Below, piece after piece: positions 39,706 to 51,600 of a stretch of 64,000 bases of DNA. Each line of letters opens with the position of its first letter. The first letter of the stretch is position 1. The stretch is from assembly GCA_963785725.1 (NCBI GenBank), contig CAWAWS010000019.1, positions 1 to 64,000 of the forward strand, written 5' to 3'. The notes beneath the pieces were generated by a model, which was given only the letters and a program-made list of their open reading frames with translations, was not told where the DNA came from and did no database searches. The stretch comes from an uncultured delta proteobacterium. Lineage in GTDB: Bacteria > Myxococcota_A > Polyangia > Palsa-1104. A program made the position numbers and the translations under genes.

Positions 39706-41459
39706 TGCGTGCGCTCTCGCTCGCGCTCGCGCTCGCGACGGCCAGCTGCGGCGGCAGCTCGTACGACTGCGCGGACGGCTGGGTGAAGGTGACGTTCACC
39801 TATCCGCCCACGGTCCGTCCTGCCGATCAGCTGAAGATCGCCCTGTCGATCGGCAACGGGAGCCCCTACTTCCGAACGCGCACGCCTGGGCAATCGTCGG
39901 ACAGCATCGAGATCGAGGTCCCGAAAGGCACGACCTCCTTTCAGCTCATGGTCCAAGCAATCGAGATCGAGAATGGGATGATCCTCGGTTACGGGGCGCT
40001 GCAGATCACGGCGGGATGCCCGAGCCAGAGCCACGACCTCACGCTCTCGGCCACCGGCGCGAGCGATATGGACGACATGGGCAGCGGATCCTCCAGCTGC
40101 GGCGGCTGCGGCACGGGCACGTGCGCCGGCACCTGCAACACGACGAACGGCGTGTGTGATTACTCGGCCACGGACAACCAGTCGTGCGCCACGTGCGAAG
40201 CCGGGCGGGCCTACACCAACGGCACCTGCAGCGGAGGCGGCTGCGCCAAGATGGGTCTTTCGTTGGCGTGCGCCAACAACATCTGCGGCGACGTCGGCTG
40301 CGCCGCGCCGACGCAGGGGTTCGGCCAGGTCGTCGCCGGCATCGGCTTCAGCTGCGTCAGCCTCGGCCCCAACAACAATGTGCGCTGCTGGGGCTCGAAC
40401 GCCTATGGCGTGCTCGGCCCCGACAACATCGGCGGCATGAGCGCCTTGCCGGTCGCCGTGCCGAACACGAACGGCATCACGTCGCTCGTCGCCGGCGATG
40501 ACCACGTCTGCGGCGTGCGCGTCGGCGGGATGGTCTGCTGGGGCCGCAATCAATCGGGGCAGCTCGGCGTCCTCGCCGACCAACAGCCGCATCCGACGCC
40601 GGTCTCCGTTCCCATGATCGCCACGGCGGTCATGGCCGCGGCGTCCAGCGACCACACGTGCGCGCTGGTGCAAATCCCGGGCATGCAGACGGAGACGGTC
40701 TATTGCTGGGGCATGAACCACGCCGGCGAGCTCGGCGAGGGCTCGGGCGTCATCATCGGCGTCAGCCAGGTCTCGCCGTTTCTGAGCGGCGCCTATCGGA
40801 GCCTGGCGCTCGGCGATGCGCATCTGTGCGTCGCGAGCCAGCCGACGCCGGGCTTGTCGCAGACCTTGGTCAGCTGCATCGGCGACGACACGTTCAGCCA
40901 GCTCGGCGCGAGCGCCCTCAACGGCATCGGCGTCGTCTCGCTGCCGTTCGAGAACGCGCAGCTCGCCGCCGGCGGCAACACGACCTGCGCCTTCGACGGC
41001 ACCGACTCGCCCGCGAGCCTCTATTGTTGGGGCGACAACAGCAGCGGGCAGCTCGGCGTCGGCTCGTCGGCCGCGCAGTCAGGCACGCCGGTCTCGGTGT
41101 GCAACAACGACTTCATCAACATGGTCGACTGCGACACGATCGGCAGCGTCGCCGTCGGCCGCGGTTACGCGTGCGGCGGCTTCTTCAACGGCGTCTCTTG
41201 TTGGGGCTCGAACGCCGACGACCAGCTCGGGTTCGTCGGCAGCGACACGAGCATTCCCGCGCCCACCATCAAGAACGTCGCGCGCACGTACGTCGCGACC
41301 GGCCTCGGTCACGCCTGCGCCATCGGCAGCTTCGACACCGGCACCTCGCCGACGGTCGACTGCTGGGGCGACAATCGCTTGGGACAGACGGGCGATACCA
41401 ACCCCAACCACCTCGTCGACGGCTTGTTGCCGGCGCCGGTGTCGTGGGTCGTCGAGTAG
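39705..41459 (+). CDS. RCC1-repeat, Cys-rich lipoprotein
   Basis: Lipobox-like TASC; repeated CWG.N..GQLG and AG..H.C motifs; TGATG overlap with the upstream gene. Confidence 0.85.
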   Translation: MRALSLALALATASCGGSSYDCADGWVKVTFTYPPTVRPADQLKIALSIGNGSPYFRTRTPGQSSDSIEIEVPKGTTSFQLMVQAIEIENGMILGYGALQITAGCPSQSHDLTLSATGASDMDDMGSGSSSCGGCGTGTCAGTCNTTNGVCDYSATDNQSCATCEAGRAYTNGTCSGGGCAKMGLSLACANNICGDVGCAAPTQGFGQVVAGIGFSCVSLGPNNNVRCWGSNAYGVLGPDNIGGMSALPVAVPNTNGITSLVAGDDHVCGVRVGGMVCWGRNQSGQLGVLADQQPHPTPVSVPMIATAVMAAASSDHTCALVQIPGMQTETVYCWGMNHAGELGEGSGVIIGVSQVSPFLSGAYRSLALGDAHLCVASQPTPGLSQTLVSCIGDDTFSQLGASALNGIGVVSLPFENAQLAAGGNTTCAFDGTDSPASLYCWGDNSSGQLGVGSSAAQSGTPVSVCNNDFINMVDCDTIGSVAVGRGYACGGFFNGVSCWGSNADDQLGFVGSDTSIPAPTIKNVARTYVATGLGHACAIGSFDTGTSPTVDCWGDNRLGQTGDTNPNHLVDGLLPAPVSWVVE

Positions 41460-41498
41460 CTACCGACTGCGCTTATAGTTCGGTATAATAAAGCCGGG

Positions 41499-43842
41499 AT
41501 GGCACGGCTCGACGACGGCGACGCGCTCCAGCTCCTCGAAGCGATGGCCATCCCCACGCTCGCGCTCGACGACGTCGGCCATGTCCGCTGGGCCAATCTC
41601 GCCGCCGAGCAGCTCTTGGCTTGGCCGCGCGAGCTGCTCATCGGTCAGCCGCTGGCGGCGCTGACGCCGGCGCGCATCGCCGAGGTCGACGGACGCTCGC
41701 TGCTCGACCGCTTGCTCGAGCAGGCGCATACGGCGCCCGAGCGCTCGGTGCGCCTGCCGGCCGTGCGCCGCGACGGCGTCGAGATCGAGGTCGACTGTAT
41801 CGTCTCCAGCGTCGGCGACGGCACCGTCATGCTGTCGCTGCAGCGACGGCCGGAGTCGTTCGGCGAAGACGCGCGCGAGGACGCCGACAGCGCCCAGTCG
41901 CGCTATCGCCTCGTCTTCGAGTACGCGCCGCTCGGCATCTGGCACTTCGACAGCCGCGGCGTCATCACCGCCTGCAACGATCAGTTCGTGCGCGTCATCG
42001 GCTCGTCGAAGCGGCGGCTCATCGGGCTCGATCAGACGACCTTGCGCGACTCGTTCGTCGTCGACTGCGTCAAGGTCGCGCTCTCCGGTCGCCACGCGCA
42101 TTACGAAGGCGACTACCGCTCGGCCACCGCCGGCAAAGTCACGCCCGTGCGCGCCGACTTCGCCGCCATCCGCGACGAGCTCGGCCGCGTCGTCGGCGGC
42201 GTCGGCATCCTCGAGGACATCACCGAGCGCAAGCGCGCCGAGGAGGCGCTGCGCGAGAGCAACGCCGCGCTGCAGGCCATATTCGAGGCCTCTCCTTTGC
42301 CCATCGTCTCCCTCGGCCGCGACAGCAACGTGCGCATGTGGAACCCCGCCGCCGAGAGCACCTTCGGCTTCCTGCAAGAGGAGACGCTGGGACGACCAAT
42401 GCCGATGGTTCCCAAGGAGCGCGTCGACGAAGTGGCCGCCAACGTCGAGCGCGTGCTCAACGGCGAGGTGCTGCTCAACTTCGAGACCTGGTATCAGCGA
42501 CGGGATGGCAGCGCCATCGAGGTCAGCTTGTCGGCGGCGCCGCTCGTCAAAGGCGAAGGCGAGGTGACCGGCACCATCTCGTTCATCTCCGACAACACCG
42601 AGCGCAATCGCGCGCAGAGCGAGCGCTCTGGAGCTGCTGCACCACGAGCAGCTGGCGCGACGCGCCGCCGAGGCCGCGCAGGGCCGGCTCGAGATCTTGG
42701 CGACCGCGAGCGCCATCATGGCCAGCTCGCTCGACTACGACGACACGCTGCAGCGGGCGGCGCGCATGGCCACGCCGCGCTTCGCGCAGCGCACGACGGT
42801 CTGGCTCAGCGACGACGAGAGCGTGCCGAGGCGCGTGGCCATGCATCCCGAAGGCCGGCTGCCGGCCGACGCCGCCGACGTCACGGCCGTGCAGCGCGTC
42901 ATGCAGCTCGGGCAGGCGCAGGCGAGCGCGCGCATGATCGTGGTGCCGCTGGTCGTGCTCGGGCGCACCGGCGGCGCCATCTGCTTCGCGCGCGACGAGG
43001 CGCAGCCGCCGTACGACGCGGCCGACGCGCGCTTGGCGGAGGAGATTGGTCGTCGCGCCGGGATCGCCATCGACAACGCGCGCCTCTTTCGCCGCACCGA
43101 AGAGGCGCTGCGCGCGCGCGACGAGTTCTTGTCCATCGCGTCGCACGAGCTGCGCACGCCGGTGACGTCGCTGCGGCTGTCGGTGCAGAACTTGGAGTCG
43201 ATGGCGGAAGAGGGATCGCTGGCGACGGCGCCACGCCAAGTCGTCATTCGCGGCCTGCAAACGTCGGTGCGGCAGAGCCAGCATTTGAGCCGCCTCATCG
43301 ACGAGCTGCTCGACATCTCGCGGATTCGCGCCGGCCGCTTCGACTTGAAGCCGCACGACGTCGACCTGGCGCAGGTGGCGCGCACGACGGCGCAGCGGCT
43401 GGAGCGCGAGCTGCAAATCGCCGGCTGCCCGCTGACGCTCGATCTGCAGCCGGCGCCGGGACGTTGGGACGCCGCGCGGCTCGACCAAGTGGTGACGAAT
43501 TTGCTGACCAACGCCATGAAGTTCGGCGCCGGGCAGCCGCTCGAATTGCGCGTGCGCGCCGACGCCGACACGGCGACGCTGGCGCTGACCGACCACGGCA
43601 TCGGCATCGCGCCCGAGGCGCAGACGCGCATCTTCGACCGCTTCGAGCGCGGCGTGTCGGCGCGCCATTACGGCGGCCTCGGGCTCGGCCTCTTCATCGC
43701 GCGCCAGATCGTCGAGGCGCATCGCGGGCAGCTCACGGTCACGAGCCGCGTCGGTCACGGGGCCACGTTCACCCTCGTTTTACCGCGCGTGCTAACATCT
43801 ACGGATGGAAGTGGCAGTGCTGATGGCGGAGGTGGCCGTTGA
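41499..43842 (+). CDS. PAS-PAS-PAS-GAF sensor histidine kinase, frameshift near 42628
   Basis: Three PAS domains in ORF 41499. The GAF domain, SHELRTP, NLLTNAMKF and GGLGLGL motifs are in ORF 42697..43842. Confidence 0.88.
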
Positions 43843-44225
43843 CTGAATCCGACTGCGTGCTCGTCATCGATGACGACGCCGACATTCGCGACTCGATCGG
43901 CGACATCCTCGAGCTGCGCGGCTATCGCGTGGCCCGCGCGGCCAACGGTCGCGAAGCGCTGGAGCGGCTGAGGAGCGGCCCGCCGCCCTGCGTGATCCTG
44001 CTCGATCTGATGATGCCGGTCTTGAACGGCTGGGAATTTCGCGAGCAGCAGAGCCGCGACGCGCGCTTGGCCGACGTGCCCGTCGTCGTCATCTCCGGCG
44101 ACGGCTCCACCGACGAGAAAGCCGCCAAGATCGGCGTCGCCGAGTTCCTGCGCAAGCCGCTCGAATTGTCGGCGATCCTGGAAGTCGTGCGCCGCCACTG
44201 CGCCGGCAACGATCATTCGCGCTAA
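43839..44225 (+). CDS. Single-domain response regulator
   Basis: VLVIDDD, LLDLMMP, ISG and FLRKP receiver motifs; TTGA overlap with the kinase. Confidence 0.9.
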   Translation: MTESDCVLVIDDDADIRDSIGDILELRGYRVARAANGREALERLRSGPPPCVILLDLMMPVLNGWEFREQQSRDARLADVPVVVISGDGSTDEKAAKIGVAEFLRKPLELSAILEVVRRHCAGNDHSR

Positions 44226-44283
44226 GCAGCGATATTCGTAACAAAGTTCGGCTCACGTAAGAGCTGCATCGGGGCCGCGAGCC

Positions 44284-47200
44284 GTGCGAGACTGCGGCCG
44301 CTTGGACGCGCCCGCCCCCAAACGTTACCGCCGGCACTGGCGAATCGTGCGCCACACGGTGGGCGTCCTCGTGCTCATCGTGTGCCTGATCGTCATCGGT
44401 CTGTTGTGGGCGCTGCGTAACCTCGACACCGGGCTCGTCAAGCAGCGGCTGCGCAACCTCGTCCGCAGCCAAGGCGGCCTCGAGCTCGACTACGCCTCGG
44501 CCGAGGCGGACCTGTTTACGGGGCTCTCCCTGCACGACATCACGGTCGCGTCGCCGGCCGAGCTCCAGTCGGTGGCGCCGCTGCTGGTCAAGGCGGGCAC
44601 CTTGCGGCTCGGCTGGTCGCTCTTCGGCTCGGGCGCGACGCTCAAGCGGCTGACGGCGCACGACGTCGAGCTCACGATCGTCATGGACGAGCACGGCCGC
44701 ACGTCGCTGGACGCGCTGTCGAGCGGACCCCCGAAGCCGCCGCCGGCGCACGAGCCGACGCCGGGCGACCAGCTGGTGCAGGCGGTGCAGGCACTGCCCG
44801 ACTTCGAGCGCTTGTCGTTTCAGCGCGTCGCGATCAATTTGCTGCAGACCAAAGCGGGTCAGGTGGTGGCCAAGACGCGCGTCTCGGGCATCGACCTGCG
44901 CACCGAGTCGACGGGGCAAGGCGCGGCGCGCCACGTCGACGTCGGGCTCGGCGACAAGGGCCATCCGATCGACGTCGTCGCGCGCCATGACGGCCTCATC
45001 CACGGCGAAGGCGCGGGCAAGCTGTGGCTCGACGCCGACATCGACGCCAAGTCGGCGACGGTGCGCGCCGAGCTGACGCTCGATCGGCAGTCGCTGTCGC
45101 CGGCCTGGCCCGCGCACGGCATGCTGTTCTCGATCGACGCCAAGGCGCAGGCCAACGGCGACAAGCTGGAAGTGGCGCTCAAGAGTTTGGAAGCGGCGGC
45201 GGAAGCGATCGTGTTGAAGGGCGACGTCGTGATGGCGCCGAACAGCCTGCGCGTCGTCGATGCCAAGGGTAAGCTCGATCTGACGCGGCTGGCGCGGATG
45301 GTGCCGTCGGGATTGCCGCTGGCGCTGCGCGAAGGCTCGCTGAAATACGACATCAGCGGGCTCGAGCTCACGCCCGTGCCCAAGCTCGACGAAGGCGGCC
45401 ACCTCGATCTGAGCGGGCGCGCCGCCGACTTCCGCTACGGCGCCGGCCCCGACGACAGAGTCGAATTGGACGAGCTGCGCTTCACCGTCAAAGGCAAGCC
45501 CGTCGCCGGCGGCGGCATCAAGCTGAATGTGGAGCTGCCGGCAGGCGTGTTCTCGCTGGCGCAAGGCAAAGAGCACGTGACGCTGCAGAAGGCGGACACG
45601 ACGCTGGAGGCGACGCTGATGCCGGCGGCGCCCGGTCAGGTAGAGCTGCGCACGCGCTTCGACGCGCTGGCGGCGACGAACGTCGGGCAGAGCGTGCACG
45701 CCAGCCAAGGCGCGATCGATCTCCGGCTCGGCGAGCTGCGCATCGATCCGAAGGCGCCGGCCAAAGCGTCGGCGTCGGTGGCGCTGAGCGTCGGGCTGGG
45801 CGCGCTCGACGGCACGCTGCCGAACCTGACGGCGCACGCCGGCAACGTGGCGTTGACGGCGCACGCGCAAGTCGTCGACGGCGCGCCGACGGGCGTCGAC
45901 GTCGAGCTGCCGATCGGTCGACTCGTCATAGAAGGCGCGCACGGCGCGTCGCTGTTGCCGTCGGGGCCGGCGAACCTGAAGGCGCGCGTCGAGCACATCA
46001 AGCTCGACCGGGACGTGCCCTTGTTCACGACGGCCGACGCGCACGTCGAGCTGGCGGCGGCGGGGATGACCTTCAACGGCGACGTCAAGAAGCTGCGCGA
46101 CGGCGTCGACTTCAAGGTCGCGCTCGACGCGCAGAAGGCGGCGCTGCTGGCGTCGTTCGCGCCGGCGGCGCTGGAGCTGCCGGGCGCACGCATGTCGCTG
46201 CAGCTGGCGGCGAGCGGCAAATTGGAGCGGCTGTTGGCGCCGCGCATAAAAGCGCACACGACGCTGCACGTCGACAAGCCGGGCGTGACCATCGCCGATC
46301 AGGCGCTGGCGGCGACGACGCTCGACGTGACCCTCGATGTCGACGGCGACGCGCAGAAGCAGCAGCTGGCGCTGACGATCGCGCCCAAGACGCTGGCGCT
46401 CGAAGACGAGGCGCTCGGCGACGGCACGCTGGCCGTGCACGCGGCGTGGGATCTGCCGCGCAGCACGCTGTCGCTGACGCTCGACGGCAACGGTCAGGCG
46501 CTGCCGTCGGGTCAGCTGGCGATCGCCGCCAGCTTCGACCATCGCTCGCGCACGATCGACTACAAGATCGACGGCAACTTGGCGCACCTGGCGGCGCTGA
46601 CGCCGCTGTTGCCGGAGTCGCTCACCGACGAGCATTGGCTCGATCTGTCGGACGTGCGCGCGAAGATCGCCAGCCACGGCAAGCTGAGCGGCGTGTTCAC
46701 CGGCGTCGATCGCCGCGGCCTGCCGGTGCTGGCGCCAAAGCCGCTGGAGACGCTGCGTGGCGACGACGAGCTCCTGCTCACCGTCGAGAATTTCCATTAT
46801 GTCGACGCGGCGGGCGTGGAGTTGACGGTGCCGGCGCTGACGCTGAAGACGCACGCCGTCGGCTCCGGCGATTCGCGCAGCGCCGAGGCCGACCTCAGCA
46901 TGACGGCGGCGACGCTCTTGTCGCGCGGCCATCGCGTCGAAGTGGGCGGCATGCACGATCACGTGCAGCTCTCGACCGACGGCGATCCGCTCGTCGACAA
47001 AGTGGAAGTGACGCACGAGCTGGAGCTGGCGAAGGTGGCGCAGGATTGGCTGCCGTTTTACCGCATCGGCAACGTGACCATGACCACGCACGGCCGCCGC
47101 GAAGACGACGGCACGCTGCACCTCGACGAGCTGACGCTGCACAACAAAGACGGCGGCACGACGCTGACGGCCAAAGGCGGCCTCCTCTTGGCGCGCGGCC

Positions 47201-48148
47201 TGACGCACCAGCAGGCCATGAACGCCGCGCCTCCCGTCGGCTTCTCGAGCATCGGTATGAAGATCGGCGTCAGCCAGGAGCTGGCGGCGATCAGCGATGC
47301 GCCCACGCGCTTCGTCGGCAAAGGCACGCTCGATGCCGAGCTCGACCTGGCGTCGGGCGATCTGCGCCGCTATCACGCCACGTCGACGCTGAAGCTGGCG
47401 CACGCGACCATCGAGCTGCCGCAACAGCACATTCGCATCGCCGATCTCGACGGGATGGTGCCGCTCGTCGAGGATTTCGTCATTCGCAAGGGTGAGACGA
47501 CGTTCATCCCCGCCGGCGAGCCCAACGCCTACCCGCAGCTGCGCTTCGCCGATCAACACCCGTTCCAGACGAGCTCGGGCGCGCTGCACATCGTCAGCGT
47601 CAGCGTCGGCGGGCTCGAGGTCGACGACATCGCCGTCAACCTGCGCGTCTCGCGCAACCAACTGGCGATCGATCAGCTCGACGCCGCCGTGCGCAAAGGG
47701 CGCATCGCCGGCTCCAGCCTCATCGACTGGCGCGGGCCCAATTCGACGGCTTCGCTGCGTCTGCGCATGACCGGCATCGAGTCCACGCACGGCGGCGCCA
47801 AGGAGCGCTTCGACGGCAACATGGCGCTCAACCTGTCGCTGGCGGAGCGCTCGGTCGATGGTCGCGTCGAGATCTTGCGCATCGGTCGCCATCACCTGCT
47901 CGATCTGCTCGACGAGTACGATCCGCATCATCAAGACGCGGCCACCAATCGGGTGCGCACGGCGCTTGGGGCTCGGCTATCCCGATCGCGTGCATCTGCT
48001 GTTCGATCACGGCTTCGCCAGCTTCTCGGTCGCGTTCGGCGGCTTGGCGCGGCTGGTCTCCGTCGCCGAGGTCAAAGGCATCGCGACCGGCCCGCTCGTC
48101 GAGCGCTACTTGGGCCCGGTCCTATCGCTGGAGAATTCCAATCCATGA
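44284..48148 (+). CDS. Large inner-membrane-anchored beta-rich protein, AsmA/TamB/YdbH-like; frameshift near 47970
   Basis: N-terminal TM, about 1280 aa of alternating amphipathic beta-strands. The corrected C-terminus LGLGYPDRVHLLFDHG...LENSNP* ends at 48148 with an ATGA overlap onto the next gene. Confidence 0.7.
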
Positions 48149-48678
48149 AGCGGCTCGTGCTGGTGGCGCTGGGCTTTACGCTGGGAACGGGCTGCATCAA
48201 GGCGCCCGACATCGTCGTCCTCGATCGCGCGACGGCGCTCGAGCGGGAAGCGGCGGGCAACTTTCCGCACCTCGAGTTCGAGCTGCAGCGCGCGGGCACG
48301 CAGCCGAAGCCGGCGCCGCTGACGCGCGAGCAGCTGGAGGCGGCCGGCCATCCGCGACCGGTCGTCGAGGAGACGGAGACGTCGGACGCCGAGCGCATCG
48401 ATCAGCTGCTCAAGATCAGCTGCCTCGGTGAAGCCAAGGACGGGCTGCTCGTCGAGACGCGCGATCGCTGCACGGTCAAAGAGGTGCCGCACTTGGGCTC
48501 GCTGCTCGAGCGGACCAACCGCGATCGCATGCAGATCTGGGAGTGGCTGCGTCGGCAGCGTCCGCAGCGCTCGATGCTGGAGGTGCGGCAGGCCTGGCGC
48601 GCGGTGCATGCGTACGGCGTCATCTGCGGCGGCCAAGTGCAGCGCGACGACGGCGGCTGGGAAGCGAAAAAGTGCTGA
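48145..48678 (+). CDS. Lipoprotein with DUF1318 (YdbL-like) domain
   Basis: RBS GGAG, MKRLVLVALGFTLGTGC lipobox. The pattern LGEAKDGLL...TNRDR...GGQVQRDDGGWEAK resembles YdbL. Confidence 0.7.
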   Translation: MKRLVLVALGFTLGTGCIKAPDIVVLDRATALEREAAGNFPHLEFELQRAGTQPKPAPLTREQLEAAGHPRPVVEETETSDAERIDQLLKISCLGEAKDGLLVETRDRCTVKEVPHLGSLLERTNRDRMQIWEWLRRQRPQRSMLEVRQAWRAVHAYGVICGGQVQRDDGGWEAKKC

Positions 48679-51600
48679 ATTCCGGCGCGAAAGGGGCGCT
48701 GGCGCTGTTGGTCGCGCTGTCGGCGCTGCCGGCGGCGGCGGAAGAGCTGCGCCAGCCGCAGAAGCTGACGGTGTCGCTGGCCGATGACTACTTGGGCTCG
48801 CTGTCGCCCGACGGCAAGCGACTCTATTTCGTCTCCAATCGCAACGCCACGAGCCAGATTTGGTACCAGGATGTGACGGCGCCGGCCTCGACGTTGCTCT
48901 TCGACGAGGGCGCCGACACGACGTGGCCGCGCGTCAGCCCCGACGGCAAGCGGCTCTTGTACGTGTCGTTCGCCGACGAAGCCGACGGGCAACTGTGCGT
49001 GCGCGAGCTGCCGAAGCTCGGGCGACGCTGCCTGGCCGGCGGCGGCGCGCTGGAGGCGACGTGGGCGAGCGCGAACGAGCTCCTGCTCTTGGCGCGCGCG
49101 CCCGGCGCCGGCTCGGGCGATCTGGAGCTGTCGCGCGTGCGCGTCGACGGCGGCGCGCTCGTGCGCACGCCCATCGTCACGCGCAACCTCAACGGCCCGG
49201 CCATCGCGCCCGACGGCAAGTGGATGGCCTTCGTGCCGCTGACGCGCGCGGCGACGTCGGTGGGCCCGGCGTTCGCGGCGCAGGCGGCGCGCGCGCTCGT
49301 CTTGCGCCGGCTCGACGGTGGCGGCAGCGACGTCGAGGTGCACTTGCAGCTGCCCGGCGGCACCTCGCAGCCAGCCTTCTCCGCCGACGGCAAGTGGCTC
49401 TATTTCACGCAGTTCCTCAACGACACCGATCAAAACGGCGTGCTCGACGGCGACGATCACGGCGTGCTCTTTCGTGTCGCCTTCGACGAGCGCGATCCGG
49501 CGGCGCTCAACCAGGCCGTGCCCGAGCAGCTGACGACGGCGGCCTGGAATTGCCAATATCCGGCGCCGTCGCCGCAGAAGCTGGTGCTGACCTGCTCGCG
49601 CGGCGACTCGCTCGACCTCTACACGCTGCCGCTCGACGGCATGGTGCCGTCGACGTGGGACGCGGCGCGCATTCGCGACGAGGCGCAAGCGGCGCGCGAT
49701 CGCTGGGAGCGGCTGCTCCTCTTGCATCGCCGCGCGTCGACCGAGCGCGATCCGACGATGCACGCGACCTTGCTGCTCGGCACCGTGCGCCAACACTTGC
49801 TGCTGTCGGAGTACGAGGCGGCGCTCTATCACGTCGAGGCCTTGGAGCAGCTGGGCGTCGCGCAACTGTCGTCGCTGGCGCCGCTCTTGAAGCTGCTCAT
49901 CGCCGAGCGGCGCGGGCTGCGCAGCTTCGATCGCGGCGAGCTCGGCCATCGCTATCTGACCGACGCGCGCAGCCGCCTCGAAGCCGCGCGCGCCATGGCG
50001 CCAACCGAAGCGCCGGCGGTCCTCTTGCGTCACCTCTTGCTCAGCGAGATCGACGATCACTTGGGCGACAAGAGCGGCGCCGTCGACGAGCTGAAGCTGG
50101 CCGTGGTCGAGCCGAAGACGCCCGGCTTTCTGATCGCGCTGCTGGCGGCGCGCATCGAATACGTCTATCGCGAGCTCGACCGCGACGCCGACGAGCTGGC
50201 GGCGCTCGTGCCCATCATCGACCATCCGCTCTTGCCCGAGTCGGAGCGGCTGCGGCTGGCCGGCATTTACACGCGCGCGCTCATGCGTAAGCTGCCGCCG
50301 GACGCCGCCCGAGCCGCCGCCGCGCGCGATCTGACGGCCGCGACGCCCGGCTCGGCGCGCGCCTTCGCCGACGCGCTGTGGCCCTGCCTCGACTTGGTGA
50401 CGAAGCCGACGATCGACCGTGGGCGCGCCTGCGTCAAGCAGCTCTACGACGGCAATCCGACGCTGGCGCGGCGACGCCTGTTGGTCGGCGAAGTCGTGCA
50501 TCGCGCCGAGGACAATGACGTCGACGACCTCGAGTACGAGCTGGTGCGCCGCTGGGTGCGCGACGTGCCCAAGGACGACGCCGAGCGCTATTGGGCCGAG
50601 CGGCTCTTCCGTCACGTCGTGCAGGACTACGCCTACGCCGCGCTGTCCGCCGGCAAAGACGCCGACGCCGCGGCCGAGTTCGACGCCGTCTTGGCCGAGG
50701 CGCTGTCGCTCGAGTCGCACATCGGCTACCTCGAGGCGTCGCTGGCGGCGGGGCGGGACGTCGAGCAGCTCTATCGCGAGCGTTATCAGCCGGCGACGCC
50801 GCTCGGCCACTTCGTGCGCGCCTATCTCGACCTGCGCAAGCTGCCCGAGCTCGACGGCGTGGCCTTCGATCGAGCCTGGCAGACGGCGTCGGCGGACGTG
50901 CAAGCGGCCGAGAAGACCTGGGCGCAAAAGTGTGAAGTGCAAGCGCTGCACGGCGCGCTCTTGCACCTCGGCTTTCTGCGCACCGGCAATCGCGGACAGG
51001 CGGAAGAGGCGAACACGCACTACCTGTTGGCGCTCGATTTGGCCCACGAAAATGCGCGTTATCGGGCGATGGTGCTGGAAGAGCTGGCGCTGTTGCACGC
51101 CGCGGTCGGTAACTTTCGCATCGCGCTCGAGCACTTCGACGAGCGCGACAAGCTGCCCTTCGCCGATCCGCGCGTCGCGCTCGGTCACGACTTGTGGCGC
51201 GCGCGCTCGCTCTTGCACATCGGTCGCGAAGCCGACGCGGCCAAGGCAGCGGCGCGCGGCGTGGCGCTCATCGATGCCACGCCGGCGCTGGCGCGCTTTT
51301 TACCGCTGGCGCTCGATCGCGCGGCCTTGTATGCGCTGGCCGCCGGCGACGGCAAGAGCGGCGTCGCCGCGTACGATCGCGCGCAGAAGACGCCGGCGCC
51401 CACGCCGCCGCCCAACGACAAGCTGCGCAACCCGATCGTGGCGGCGTTGTCACGCGCGGCGTCGGCGCTGGCGGCGGGCGAGCCGGGCAAAGCGATCGTC
51501 GATCTCGATCAGGTCGACGCCGCGTTCGCCGATCCGCTCAAGGCCAAGGCGCTCGACTGGAACGACACGCCGTCGGCGGATGTGCGCGAGACCTACGATC

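Noticed and set aside
44284..48678. Single 1464-aa ORF
   Set aside because: An indel near 47970 joins two genes. An internal RBS, ATG 48145, a lipobox and an ATGA overlap show a separate lipoprotein gene.
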